Positions 8,267-16,785 of a DNA stretch of 64,000 bases are shown here, in pieces. The DNA is taken from assembly GCA_045862895.1 (NCBI GenBank), contig BTUO01000007.1, positions 169,020 through 233,019 on the forward strand. Reading direction: 5' to 3'. The stretch comes from Acidobacteriota bacterium. Lineage in GTDB: Bacteria; Acidobacteriota; Thermoanaerobaculia; Multivoradales; JAGPDF01. The notes below the pieces were generated by a model that had not been told where the DNA came from, made no database searches, and saw only the letters and a list, made by a program, of their open reading frames with translations. Each line of letters starts with the position of its first letter. Positions within the stretch are counted from its first letter, which is position 1. Made by a program: the position numbers and the translations under genes.

Positions 8267-9859
8267 ATGGCGGCGAAGCGCTTGGACGCGATCGTGATCG
8301 GCGGCGGGCCCAACGGCCTCGCCGCCGCGACGCGCCTGGCGAAGCGCGGTCGCGGGGTGCTCCTGCTCGAGGCGCGGCCGGCGCTCGGCGGGCTCTCCGG
8401 TCGGCTCGAGTTCCACCCCGGCCACGCCGCGCCGGGCGTGCTCCACGACGACGGCCGGCTCTCGGAGCTCGCGGTCGATGCGCTCGGCCTGGCCGGGCAC
8501 GGCCTCGCCTTCCGCGACGCGCCGGCGGTACTGGTCGCCGAGCGCGAGGGGAGCGGGATCCTGCTCGAGCGCGACGACCGCGCCACCGCGGCCCGCCTCG
8601 CCGAGCGTTCGGCGCGCGACGGCGAGGCCTGGATCGCCTACCGCGCGTTCTTCCGGCGCATCGCGCCGTTCGTCGGCGCGCTGATGTCGTCGCCGCCGCC
8701 GCCGCTGTCGCCGACGACGATCGGCGACTGGGCCCGGCTGGCGAAGCGCGGCCTCGGACTCGCGCGACTCGGCCGCCGCGACGGCGTCGAGCTCGCGCGC
8801 GTGGCGCCGATGTGCGTCGCCGACTACCTGAACGAACGCTTCACGATCCCGGCGCTGGTCGAGGCGCTCGCCGGTCCGGCGGTGGCCGGCACCTGGTCGG
8901 GCCCCTGGTCGGCGGGGACGGCGACCCAGTTGATCCTGCACGAGACGGCGCCGGCGCGGCGCATCGTCGGGGGGCCGGCGGCGCTGGTCGCGGCGCTCGA
9001 GCGCGCGGCGCGCGCGGCCGGAGTCGAGATCCGCACCGGCACCGCGGTCGAGCGCATCCGGATCGACGGCGACGGGGTACGCGGCGTCACGCTCGCCGGC
9101 GGCGAGGCGATCGACGCGACGACGGTGGTCGCCACCTGCGACCCGAAGCGCGCGATGCTCGCGCTCGCCCAGCCGGGCACGCTGCCGCTCGCCGCCGAGG
9201 AAGAGTTCCGTCGGATCCGCTCGCGCGGCACCGCCGCCAAGGTCCATCTCGCGCTCGACGGTCCGTTCGAGCTGGCGACCCGACCGGGGGAGCGCCTCGA
9301 AGAGATCCGGATCGGCGGCGGCCACGTCGACGACCTCGAGCGCGCCTTCGACGCCGTCAAGTACCGGCAGGTCTCGACGCGCCCCTGGCTCGACGTCCGC
9401 GTGCCGAGCGTGGACGACCCGTCGCTGGCAGCGGCCGGCGGCGCGACGATCTCGGTACTGGTGAGCTTCGCTCCGCACCAGGTCGAGGGAGGCTGGACCG
9501 ACGAACGTCGCGAGGCGCTCGGCAACGCCGTCGTGGCGCGGCTCGAGGAGCACTCGCCGGGCCTCGGCGCGCGCGTCGTCGGCGGCCAGGTCCTCACCCC
9601 GCAAGACCTCGAGCGCGACTTCCACGTCACCGGCGGCCAGCTCCACCACGTCGAGCCGGCGCTCGACCAGCTCTTCCTGCTGCGCCCGACGCCGGGCGCC
9701 GCCCGCTACGCGACCGCCGTCCCCGGCCTCTACCTCGGCGGCGCCGGCAGCCACGGCGGCGGCGGGGTCGGCTGCGACGCCGGCGTCCTGGCGGCGGAGG
9801 CGGCGCTGAGAACCGGCGCCGGCGGTCGACTCCCGCGGCCGGACTCCTCAGGGCGTTGA
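8267..9859 (+). CDS. phytoene desaturase-like FAD-dependent oxidoreductase, copy 2 (divergent)
   Basis: DAIVIGGGPNGLAAA...LLEAR, GGQLHH, GSHGGGGV. Colinear with copy 1. 530 aa. Confidence 0.88.
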   Translation: MAAKRLDAIVIGGGPNGLAAATRLAKRGRGVLLLEARPALGGLSGRLEFHPGHAAPGVLHDDGRLSELAVDALGLAGHGLAFRDAPAVLVAEREGSGILLERDDRATAARLAERSARDGEAWIAYRAFFRRIAPFVGALMSSPPPPLSPTTIGDWARLAKRGLGLARLGRRDGVELARVAPMCVADYLNERFTIPALVEALAGPAVAGTWSGPWSAGTATQLILHETAPARRIVGGPAALVAALERAARAAGVEIRTGTAVERIRIDGDGVRGVTLAGGEAIDATTVVATCDPKRAMLALAQPGTLPLAAEEEFRRIRSRGTAAKVHLALDGPFELATRPGERLEEIRIGGGHVDDLERAFDAVKYRQVSTRPWLDVRVPSVDDPSLAAAGGATISVLVSFAPHQVEGGWTDERREALGNAVVARLEEHSPGLGARVVGGQVLTPQDLERDFHVTGGQLHHVEPALDQLFLLRPTPGAARYATAVPGLYLGGAGSHGGGGVGCDAGVLAAEAALRTGAGGRLPRPDSSGR

Positions 9860-11637
9860 CTTCCCGGGCGATCGCAGCGGCCGGCCTGATTTTCGCCGTC
9901 GTGCTCGGCGCGGCCTCGTGCTCGCCGCGACCGGTGCGGCTCGAGGAACGGCCGAACATCCTGTTGATCGTCATCGACACGCTGCGCGCCGACCACCTGC
10001 CCTTCCACGGCTACCACCGCGACACCGCACCGCGGTTGAGGAAGCTGCTGGCCGAAGGCGGCGTCGTGTTCGAGAACGCTTACGCACCCGCGGCGTGGAC
10101 AGCTCCATCGGTCGCGGCGATCCAGACCGGCAAGGACCCATCCCGTCTCGTTCCCCGGCACGACCTGCGCGGCTTCTCGATCCCCGGCAACGAGACGACG
10201 ATCGCCGAGCACCTGAGGGAGGCCGGCTACGAAACCGCCGGTTTCGTGGGGAACCTCTTCCTTCACGCCGGCATGGGCTTCGGACAGGGATTCGAGAAGT
10301 ACTGGGTGGTCCCCGGCGGCTACGAGTCGATTCCGAAACCGGCCGAGACGGTCCTCGAACCGGCGATGGCCTGGCTCGAATCCCGTCGCGAGAACCCCGA
10401 GCCTTACTTCCTCTACGTGCACTTCATGGATCCGCACGACCCGTACACGAGCCCGCGGCTCGTCGACGGCAGATCGGAGTACTTTCCGGACTACTCCGGC
10501 CCGATTCGCGGCGAGCACGTCCACCCCCTGAATCAAGGCTCGATGCAACTCTCGGGTGGCCTGGCCGAGGACATTCAGCACCTGCGCGCTCTCTACGACA
10601 GCGAGATCCTGCACGTCGACCAGGCGGCGGCTCGCCTGATCGAAGCCGCCGAAGAGCTCGGCGGGCGCGAGACCGTGGTCGTGCTGCTCTCCGATCACGG
10701 AGAGGAGATTCGCGACCACGGCGGCTGGACGCACGGCCGTACGCTCTACCAGGAGATCGCCCACGTACCGCTGGCGGTTCGTGTCGCCGGCAAGGTCCCG
10801 GGCGGACGGCGCATCGCGGCCAACGTCACCGCGGTCGACGTCGCCCCGACACTGCTGGCAGCGGCGGGCGTGAGCGGGGAGGACCTCGACGGCGTCGACC
10901 TGCTGCCGGCAATCCTCGATCCGCTTGTCGAACCGCCACGCCGTCCGATCTTCATCCGCCACTGGCAGCGCGGTCCCATTCGAGCAGCCCTCGTGGTGGA
11001 CCAGCACAAGACGATGGTGTTCAACCACCGTCAACCCTTCTCCCCGGAACCGGGAGTCGAGGCCAACACGGCGGCCGAGGACCTCCGGCGCCTCCCGCGC
11101 TTCGCGAGCTTCGACCTCGCGGTCGATCCGAGCGAACGCCGGCCGGCGATGCCTTCGGCCGACGACATCGAGACGGTCTATTCCTTCCTCGACCCGACGC
11201 TGGACGGCGTGCGGGTCGTTCTCCGAGGCATCGAGGAGGGCCGGACGGCCTCGGGCACCCTGCGCTTCTCAGCCGCCCCGACGGGAACCCTTCCGCTCTT
11301 CCTCGCGGATGCCGACGAGGTCCGGGTGGTCGGTTCGAGCGTGACCTTCCGCCTGACCGGCGAGGCGCCGCCGAAGGGGTTTCTCGTGCTCGGCGTTCCC
11401 GGCACGCTCGAGGCCGTCGAGCTGGATCCGGGGCTCCCGATCGCCGTCGAAGTCGGCGGCGGCGCGACCTGGAGCGGGCTCCCGGTCGCCGACGGTGCAC
11501 TGCGAAGATCGAGTTGGCCGCGCTGGTCGAATCGCGCGAGCCTTCGGATCTGGAGCCGTGAGAGTCGGGCACTGGCTCCCGAGCGGCCGCTCGACGCCGA
11601 GACCCGGGCCAAGCTCCAGGCGCTCGGGTACTTGTGA
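9856..11637 (+). CDS. sulfatase-like hydrolase/transferase, probable lipoprotein, Thr nucleophile
   Basis: PNILLIVIDTLRADHL, AWTAPSVAAIQTG, YVHFMDPHDPY, LLSDHGEE, HVPL. Lipobox-like LGAASC. TTG start overlapping the upstream TGA is inferred. Confidence 0.85.
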   Translation: MTSRAIAAAGLIFAVVLGAASCSPRPVRLEERPNILLIVIDTLRADHLPFHGYHRDTAPRLRKLLAEGGVVFENAYAPAAWTAPSVAAIQTGKDPSRLVPRHDLRGFSIPGNETTIAEHLREAGYETAGFVGNLFLHAGMGFGQGFEKYWVVPGGYESIPKPAETVLEPAMAWLESRRENPEPYFLYVHFMDPHDPYTSPRLVDGRSEYFPDYSGPIRGEHVHPLNQGSMQLSGGLAEDIQHLRALYDSEILHVDQAAARLIEAAEELGGRETVVVLLSDHGEEIRDHGGWTHGRTLYQEIAHVPLAVRVAGKVPGGRRIAANVTAVDVAPTLLAAAGVSGEDLDGVDLLPAILDPLVEPPRRPIFIRHWQRGPIRAALVVDQHKTMVFNHRQPFSPEPGVEANTAAEDLRRLPRFASFDLAVDPSERRPAMPSADDIETVYSFLDPTLDGVRVVLRGIEEGRTASGTLRFSAAPTGTLPLFLADADEVRVVGSSVTFRLTGEAPPKGFLVLGVPGTLEAVELDPGLPIAVEVGGGATWSGLPVADGALRRSSWPRWSNRASLRIWSRESRALAPERPLDAETRAKLQALGYL

Positions 11638-11669
11638 ATCCGCTGGCCGCGCCGTCGTAGACTTTCACC

Positions 11670-12089
11670 ATGTCCGAGTCCGTTCATCAGCCGACGCCCG
11701 GTGCCGCCGGCGACTCCTTCCAGGTCCTCGGCTACTTCCAGGTCGCGCTCGGATTCATGATCGGGATGGTGTCGCTGCTGCCGGCGCTGATGGTCTGGAT
11801 CGGGCGGTCGGTCGCGGAGCCGGCGTCCGAGGGATACGTCTACACCGAAGGGGCGCGGGCGACCGCGATGGCGGGCACGATCGTCGCCGCCGCCGCGTTG
11901 GTTCTCGGCCTCGCCGCCGCCGCCGCGGTGGTCGTCGGCGGCATCCGCCTGGCGCGCCGTTCGAACTGGCGCTACTGCGTCTTCTCCGCGGCGCTGCTCT
12001 GCCTGTTCGTGCCACTGGGCACCCTGCTCGGCGGCCTCGTCATCGCCCGACTGCTCGACCCGAAGACCCGCCCCCTGTTCTCCTCCTGA
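11670..12089 (+). CDS. small integral membrane hypothetical protein
   Basis: Three to four hydrophobic segments. TAGACT 6 nt before the ATG. 139 aa. Confidence 0.75.
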   Translation: MSESVHQPTPGAAGDSFQVLGYFQVALGFMIGMVSLLPALMVWIGRSVAEPASEGYVYTEGARATAMAGTIVAAAALVLGLAAAAAVVVGGIRLARRSNWRYCVFSAALLCLFVPLGTLLGGLVIARLLDPKTRPLFSS

Positions 12090-12096
12090 CCAGCTC

Positions 12097-13755
12097 CTAG
12101 AGCTGGAGCGTCGGCAGGAAACCCGGCGGCTTGCGCGCGCGGGTGGCGCGTTCGAAGGCGTCGCCGTAGGCGAGCAGCTTCGCGTCGCTCCACGCCGGGC
12201 CGAGGAAGGAGAGGCCCCAGGGCAGGCCGTGGACGTAGCCCGCCGGCACGGTCAGGTGCGGGTAGCCCGAGACCGCGCAGGGGCTCGTCGCCGAGCCGCC
12301 GTAGTGGTCGCCGTTGATCCAGTCGGTCAGGTAGGCCGGGCCCATCGTCGGGCAGACCAGCGCGTCGAGCCGGTGCTGCGCGAGGACGGCGTCGATCCCC
12401 TCGGCGCGGGTCAGCCGGTGGTTCCGGGCGAGCGCTTCGGCGTAGGCCGTTTCGGTCAGCGGCCCTTTGGCCTCGGCGGCCTCGAAGATCTCCTGGCCGA
12501 ACCAGGGCATCTCGCGCGACGCGTTGGCGCGGTTGAACTCGATCAGCGCCGCGAGCGTGCGCGGCTGGCCGCGGTCGGGGACCGACGCGAGGTAGGCGTT
12601 GAGGTCGTGCTTGAACTCGTAGAGCAGGACCTCGTACTCGCTGTCGTCGTACTCCCCCTTGTGCGGGATCTCGGCCGGATCGACCAGCTCGGCGCCCAGC
12701 GACTTCAACGCCGCCAGGATCTCCTCCATCTGCCGGTCGATCTCCGGATGCCAGCCGAAGTAGTTGCGCGCGACGCCCAGTCGCGCGCCGGAGAGCGCGT
12801 CGGGCGCGAACGAGCGCCGCCAGTCCTTTTCGAGGTGATCGACGCTCGGCGCGGTCGCCGGGTCGCGCAGATCGACGCCGACGAGCCCCGAGAGCAGGAT
12901 CGCGACGTCCTCGACCGTGCGCCCCATCGGCCCCGCCGTGTCCTGGCTGTGCGCGATCGGGATGACGCCGGTGCGCGACACCAGGCCGAGCGTCGGCTTC
13001 AGGCCCGCGATGCCGTTCATCGCCGCCGGGCAGGTGATCGAACCGTCGGTCTCGGTGCCGACCGCCGCCGCGCACAGATCGGCCGCCGCCGCCACCCCGG
13101 AGCCCGACGAGGAGCCGCACGGGTTGCGGTCGAGCGCGTAGGGGTTGCGCACCTGGCCGCCGCGACCGCTCCAGCCCGAGCTCGACCGGGTCGAGCGGAA
13201 GTTGGCCCACTCCGAGAGATTCGTCTTCGCCAGCAGCACCGCGCCCGCGGCGCGCAGGCGGTCGACCAGGTGAGCGTCGCTCTCCGGCGTCGAGGGCTCG
13301 AGCGCGAGCGAGCCCGCGGTGGTCTTCATGCGGTCGGCGGTGTCGATGTTGTCCTTGATCACCACCGGAATGCCGTGGAGCGGGCCGCGCACGCGACCGG
13401 CCTTGCGCTCGCGGTCGAGCGCCGCGGCGATCGTCTCGGCCTCGGGGTTCATCTCTCCGATCGCGTTGGTGCGCCCGGCGCCGCGATCGATCGCGTCGAT
13501 GCGACCGGCGTAGAGGCGAACCAGGTCGACCGAGCTCCAGCGCCCGTCCGCGAGCCCGGCGCCGAGCTCGCCGAGCGTGAGCCCGGCCAGCTCGAAGTCG
13601 CCGGCCGCGACCGGAGCGCTCGCCGCGGCGGCCGAGGGGATCGACGCCTCCTCCGCCGCGAGCCCGCGCGTGCCCCCGGCCAGCGCCAGCGCACCGACGC
13701 CCCCCAGGAACCGCCGACGATCCACCCCCGCCTTGCGCGCGTGCTTGTCGTTCAC
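12097..13755 (-). CDS. amidase signature family enzyme with Tat signal
   Basis: GPLHGIPVVIKDNIDT, GSSSGSG, GTETDGSI, GLKPTLGLVSR. DRRRFL twin-Arg leader. GTG start with GAGGAGG SD. Confidence 0.93.
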   Translation of the reverse strand: MNDKHARKAGVDRRRFLGGVGALALAGGTRGLAAEEASIPSAAAASAPVAAGDFELAGLTLGELGAGLADGRWSSVDLVRLYAGRIDAIDRGAGRTNAIGEMNPEAETIAAALDRERKAGRVRGPLHGIPVVIKDNIDTADRMKTTAGSLALEPSTPESDAHLVDRLRAAGAVLLAKTNLSEWANFRSTRSSSGWSGRGGQVRNPYALDRNPCGSSSGSGVAAAADLCAAAVGTETDGSITCPAAMNGIAGLKPTLGLVSRTGVIPIAHSQDTAGPMGRTVEDVAILLSGLVGVDLRDPATAPSVDHLEKDWRRSFAPDALSGARLGVARNYFGWHPEIDRQMEEILAALKSLGAELVDPAEIPHKGEYDDSEYEVLLYEFKHDLNAYLASVPDRGQPRTLAALIEFNRANASREMPWFGQEIFEAAEAKGPLTETAYAEALARNHRLTRAEGIDAVLAQHRLDALVCPTMGPAYLTDWINGDHYGGSATSPCAVSGYPHLTVPAGYVHGLPWGLSFLGPAWSDAKLLAYGDAFERATRARKPPGFLPTLQL

Positions 13756-13836
13756 GGTCCGCCTCCTCGGGTCCGGAATTCGCGTCGATCGTAGCGCGAG
13801 GCGTCGCCGGACGCGTGCTACGGTTCCGCCCTCGCG

Positions 13837-15366
13837 ATGAGCCCTCTGTCCCCGCCACCGGGAGGGTCCGGTCACCGGCTGGCCATCGGTCTGTCCGCGG
13901 TCACCGCCGTCGCGCTGATGCTCGTCGCCACCGACGCGCTCCCGGTCCTGCGGGGCGCGGGCTCGACGGTCTGGACCTGGCACTTCCAACCGCGACTCCC
14001 CGGCCTCTCGTCGCTGCCCGCGCTGGCGCTGGCGGCGCTGCTGGTCGCCGTCGCGACCTCGCGCCTGCCCGAGCGCGCCGCGGCCGCCGGCCGGGCGTCG
14101 CGCGCGGCGTTGCTCGCGGGGATCGTCCTCGCCGGTTGGGGCACGGGCATCGCGCTGCTGGCGCCCGAGCCGGGCGGCGCGCTGCGCACGCTGATCGTCC
14201 GCACGATCGACCCGAAGTTCACCTCGTACCACACCGCCGCGCTCACCGCGATGCCGGAGGGCGCCGTCGCCTTCGTCGATCGCCATCGTGAGCTGCTGCC
14301 GACGCTGCCGCTTCACGCCGCCACCCACCCGCCCGGTCCCGCGCTCTACTATCGAATCTGGCTCGACGCCTTCGCCGCGCGGCCCGCGGCCGCCCGCGCG
14401 GTCGCCCGCTGGGTCGACCTCGACGACGCTCCGGCGCTCGCCGGCCTGCGCCCGGCGCAGTCGCCGGCGTCGATCGCTGCCGCGCTGGTCGGCGCGCTCG
14501 GACTGTTGCTGGCCGGCGCCGCCGCGGCCTGGCCGGTGGCGCGCCTGGTCGAGCGGCTCGCCGGCGACGCGGCGCTCGGCCTGCGCGCCGCCGCGATCTG
14601 GCCGCTGGTGCCGGGGGGCGCTCTGATGGCGCCGGAGTTCGACCAGGCGCTGGCGCTGCCGGTCGCGGCGAGCGCCGCGGCCCTGGCCGCGTCGGCGCTC
14701 GCGCCGGGTCGCCGCGCGGCGCTCGCCGCGGGCGCCCTGGGCGGAGCCTTCGCCGCGACCGCGCTCGCGATCTCCTACGGCGCCGTCGCCTTCCTGGCCG
14801 GCGCGGCGCTGGCCACCGTCGCGCTCGGGGCCACGTCGGCGAACTGGCGCCGGCTGGCCGTCGGGCTCGGTGCGGCGGGGCTCACCGGCGGCGCGCTCTT
14901 CTCCGCGACCGCGCTCCTCGGCCACGAGCCGCTGGGCGCGGCGCTCGACGCGCTCGCCCTGCACGGCAACCGCCACACCTGGCGGCGGCCCTGGGGGACG
15001 TCGGTCGCGCTCGACCTCGCCGACACGCTGCTCTTTCTGGGACCGCCCCTGGTCGCGCTGCTCGCCGCGCGCCTCGCCGCCTGGAACCGCTCGGCCGGCG
15101 CCGCCGGCCTGCGCGGCCTCGACGGCCCGGCGCGCTGGGGCAGCGCCCTCGTCCTCGCCTTCGCGCTGTTTCTGCTCTCGGGAACCGTGCGCGGCGAGGC
15201 GGGGCGGATCTTCGTGCCCTGGATGCCGCTGCTGCTCGGAGCGGCGGTCGCCGCGCCGCCGCGATCAGCCGGCGGGGCGGGGCTCGACCGGGCGGCGCTG
15301 ACGGCGTTGGCGGCGACGCTCGCGGTCTGGACGTGCGCGCTTCGGCACCTGCTTCGCGTCCCCTGA
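13837..15366 (+). CDS. polytopic membrane protein, GT-C-type glycosyltransferase-like
   Basis: Many TM segments and LPLHAATHPPGP motif typical of mannosyltransferase-like GT-C proteins. TG-C-TACGGT -10 upstream. 509 aa. Confidence 0.65.
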   Translation: MSPLSPPPGGSGHRLAIGLSAVTAVALMLVATDALPVLRGAGSTVWTWHFQPRLPGLSSLPALALAALLVAVATSRLPERAAAAGRASRAALLAGIVLAGWGTGIALLAPEPGGALRTLIVRTIDPKFTSYHTAALTAMPEGAVAFVDRHRELLPTLPLHAATHPPGPALYYRIWLDAFAARPAAARAVARWVDLDDAPALAGLRPAQSPASIAAALVGALGLLLAGAAAAWPVARLVERLAGDAALGLRAAAIWPLVPGGALMAPEFDQALALPVAASAAALAASALAPGRRAALAAGALGGAFAATALAISYGAVAFLAGAALATVALGATSANWRRLAVGLGAAGLTGGALFSATALLGHEPLGAALDALALHGNRHTWRRPWGTSVALDLADTLLFLGPPLVALLAARLAAWNRSAGAAGLRGLDGPARWGSALVLAFALFLLSGTVRGEAGRIFVPWMPLLLGAAVAAPPRSAGGAGLDRAALTALAATLAVWTCALRHLLRVP

Positions 15367-16785
15367 GTCGATCTCGACCGGTTCGGGCATCACGATCCGT
15401 CGCGGCTCGCGATTCGCGAACGCCAGCCACTGTGGATCGCGCCAATCCCAGATCCGCTCGGGGGCACGGTCGACCGGGATCGGACGCGCGTTCCAGAGCA
15501 TCCCCTGATGGGAGAGCGCGCCCCCGGCGTGGATCACGACGCCCACCGCCGCGGTCGCGACCAGCGCGCGACGCCAGCGTCGCACCGCCGGCTCCGCGCC
15601 GGCGATCCATGGCAGCACCGCGGCCGCCAGCAGGACGATCCAGAACAGGGCGTCGGTGAAGAGCCGGGGCCCGAACGAGTAGCCCCCCCACCAGTGGCGG
15701 AAGCTGACCACGGTCAGCCAGTGGGCGCCGAGACCGGCCAGCGCCAGGACCGCGAGACCGCCGTCGTGGCTCCGGGCGCGGCGCGCCAGCGCCGCCGCCA
15801 CCAGTACGCCGACGACCGGCAGGTAGACGAGCAGCCCGCGATTGGCCGCCAGCAGCGATCCGTAGATCGACTCGAACGAGAACCCGTCGCCCAGCCGTCC
15901 GGCCGAGTAGTACGGCGGCATCGGCGCGCCGAAGCGCGCCATGCTCCAGGCCACGAAGGGGAGCGCGACCGCGGCGGCTCCGGCACCGAAGCGCAGGGCG
16001 GCGCGCCGATCGCGCGCCAGGATCCAGACCCCGACGGCGGCGACCATCAGCGCCGCGGTCGGGCGACAGATCCAGGCGCCGGCCAGCAGCGCGCCGACGG
16101 CTTCCGCCCGCGCCGGTTCGCCGCGCGCGATCCGGACGATGCCCGGCAGCGCCAGTCCTGCCAGGAACAGGCAGCTTGTTTGCGACCAGAGTGCCTTCGA
16201 AGCGGTCGACCACGCCATCGATCCGAAGGCGAGGCAGAGGCTCGCCGCCAGCGCCGGGCCGCGATCGACGCCGCGCCGCAGCGCCGCGAAGGCAGCGGCG
16301 ACGAAGGCCGCGGTGAACAGCGCCGCCGCGGTGTACTGGAGCTGGCGGTCCCGCTCGATGCGGTAGCCCCCGAGCTCCGGGTCGACCACCGGCCGGCCGG
16401 CGAGATCGGCCGCCGCCGCGAACGGCACGCCGAGCAGGGGCGAACCGACCGGAAACGTGGGCAGCAGCGACCAGGGCCGGCCCCGCCGCCGCGGCTTGCC
16501 GCCCTCGCCGACGATGCGCAAGTGGTACGGATAACGGTGCAGGTAGGGTCCCGGGAAGCGACCGCCCCCGAGCGTGAAGGCACGTTCGGGGACGTGCTCG
16601 CGCACGTCGAGGGTCCCCTTCGACCAGAGCTGGTGCGCGAACAGCATGGTGTAGTTCGAGTCGCTGATGCCGGTCGCGGGCGCGATCAGGTAGACGATCG
16701 CGACCCCCACGAAGACGGCGGCGACCTCGAGGCGGCGTCTCCTGCGGCCGGCGACGGCGTCGGGTGGCGACGGCGCGTCGCTCAC
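15265..16785 (-). CDS. polytopic membrane protein, GT-C/PMT-type glycosyltransferase-like
   Basis: N-terminal TM then SDSNY, WSTASKALWSQT, ICRPT, GGYSFGPRLFTD. GTG start overlaps the pepD stop. Confidence 0.7.
   Translation of the reverse strand: MSDAPSPPDAVAGRRRRRLEVAAVFVGVAIVYLIAPATGISDSNYTMLFAHQLWSKGTLDVREHVPERAFTLGGGRFPGPYLHRYPYHLRIVGEGGKPRRRGRPWSLLPTFPVGSPLLGVPFAAAADLAGRPVVDPELGGYRIERDRQLQYTAAALFTAAFVAAAFAALRRGVDRGPALAASLCLAFGSMAWSTASKALWSQTSCLFLAGLALPGIVRIARGEPARAEAVGALLAGAWICRPTAALMVAAVGVWILARDRRAALRFGAGAAAVALPFVAWSMARFGAPMPPYYSAGRLGDGFSFESIYGSLLAANRGLLVYLPVVGVLVAAALARRARSHDGGLAVLALAGLGAHWLTVVSFRHWWGGYSFGPRLFTDALFWIVLLAAAVLPWIAGAEPAVRRWRRALVATAAVGVVIHAGGALSHQGMLWNARPIPVDRAPERIWDWRDPQWLAFANREPRRIVMPEPVEIDSGDAKQVPKRARPDRERRRQRRQRRPVEPRPAG

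Noticed and set aside
6674-9859. Carotenoid biosynthesis (crtI) assignment
   Set aside because: No crtB, crtE or crtY nearby. The motifs and the aminomethyltransferase context fit the PYROXD2-like clade better.
6838-11637. 1599-aa ORF
   Set aside because: Only the part from ~9856 is protein-like (sulfatase). The rest is an Arg/Pro-rich shadow frame over the FAD oxidoreductase genes.
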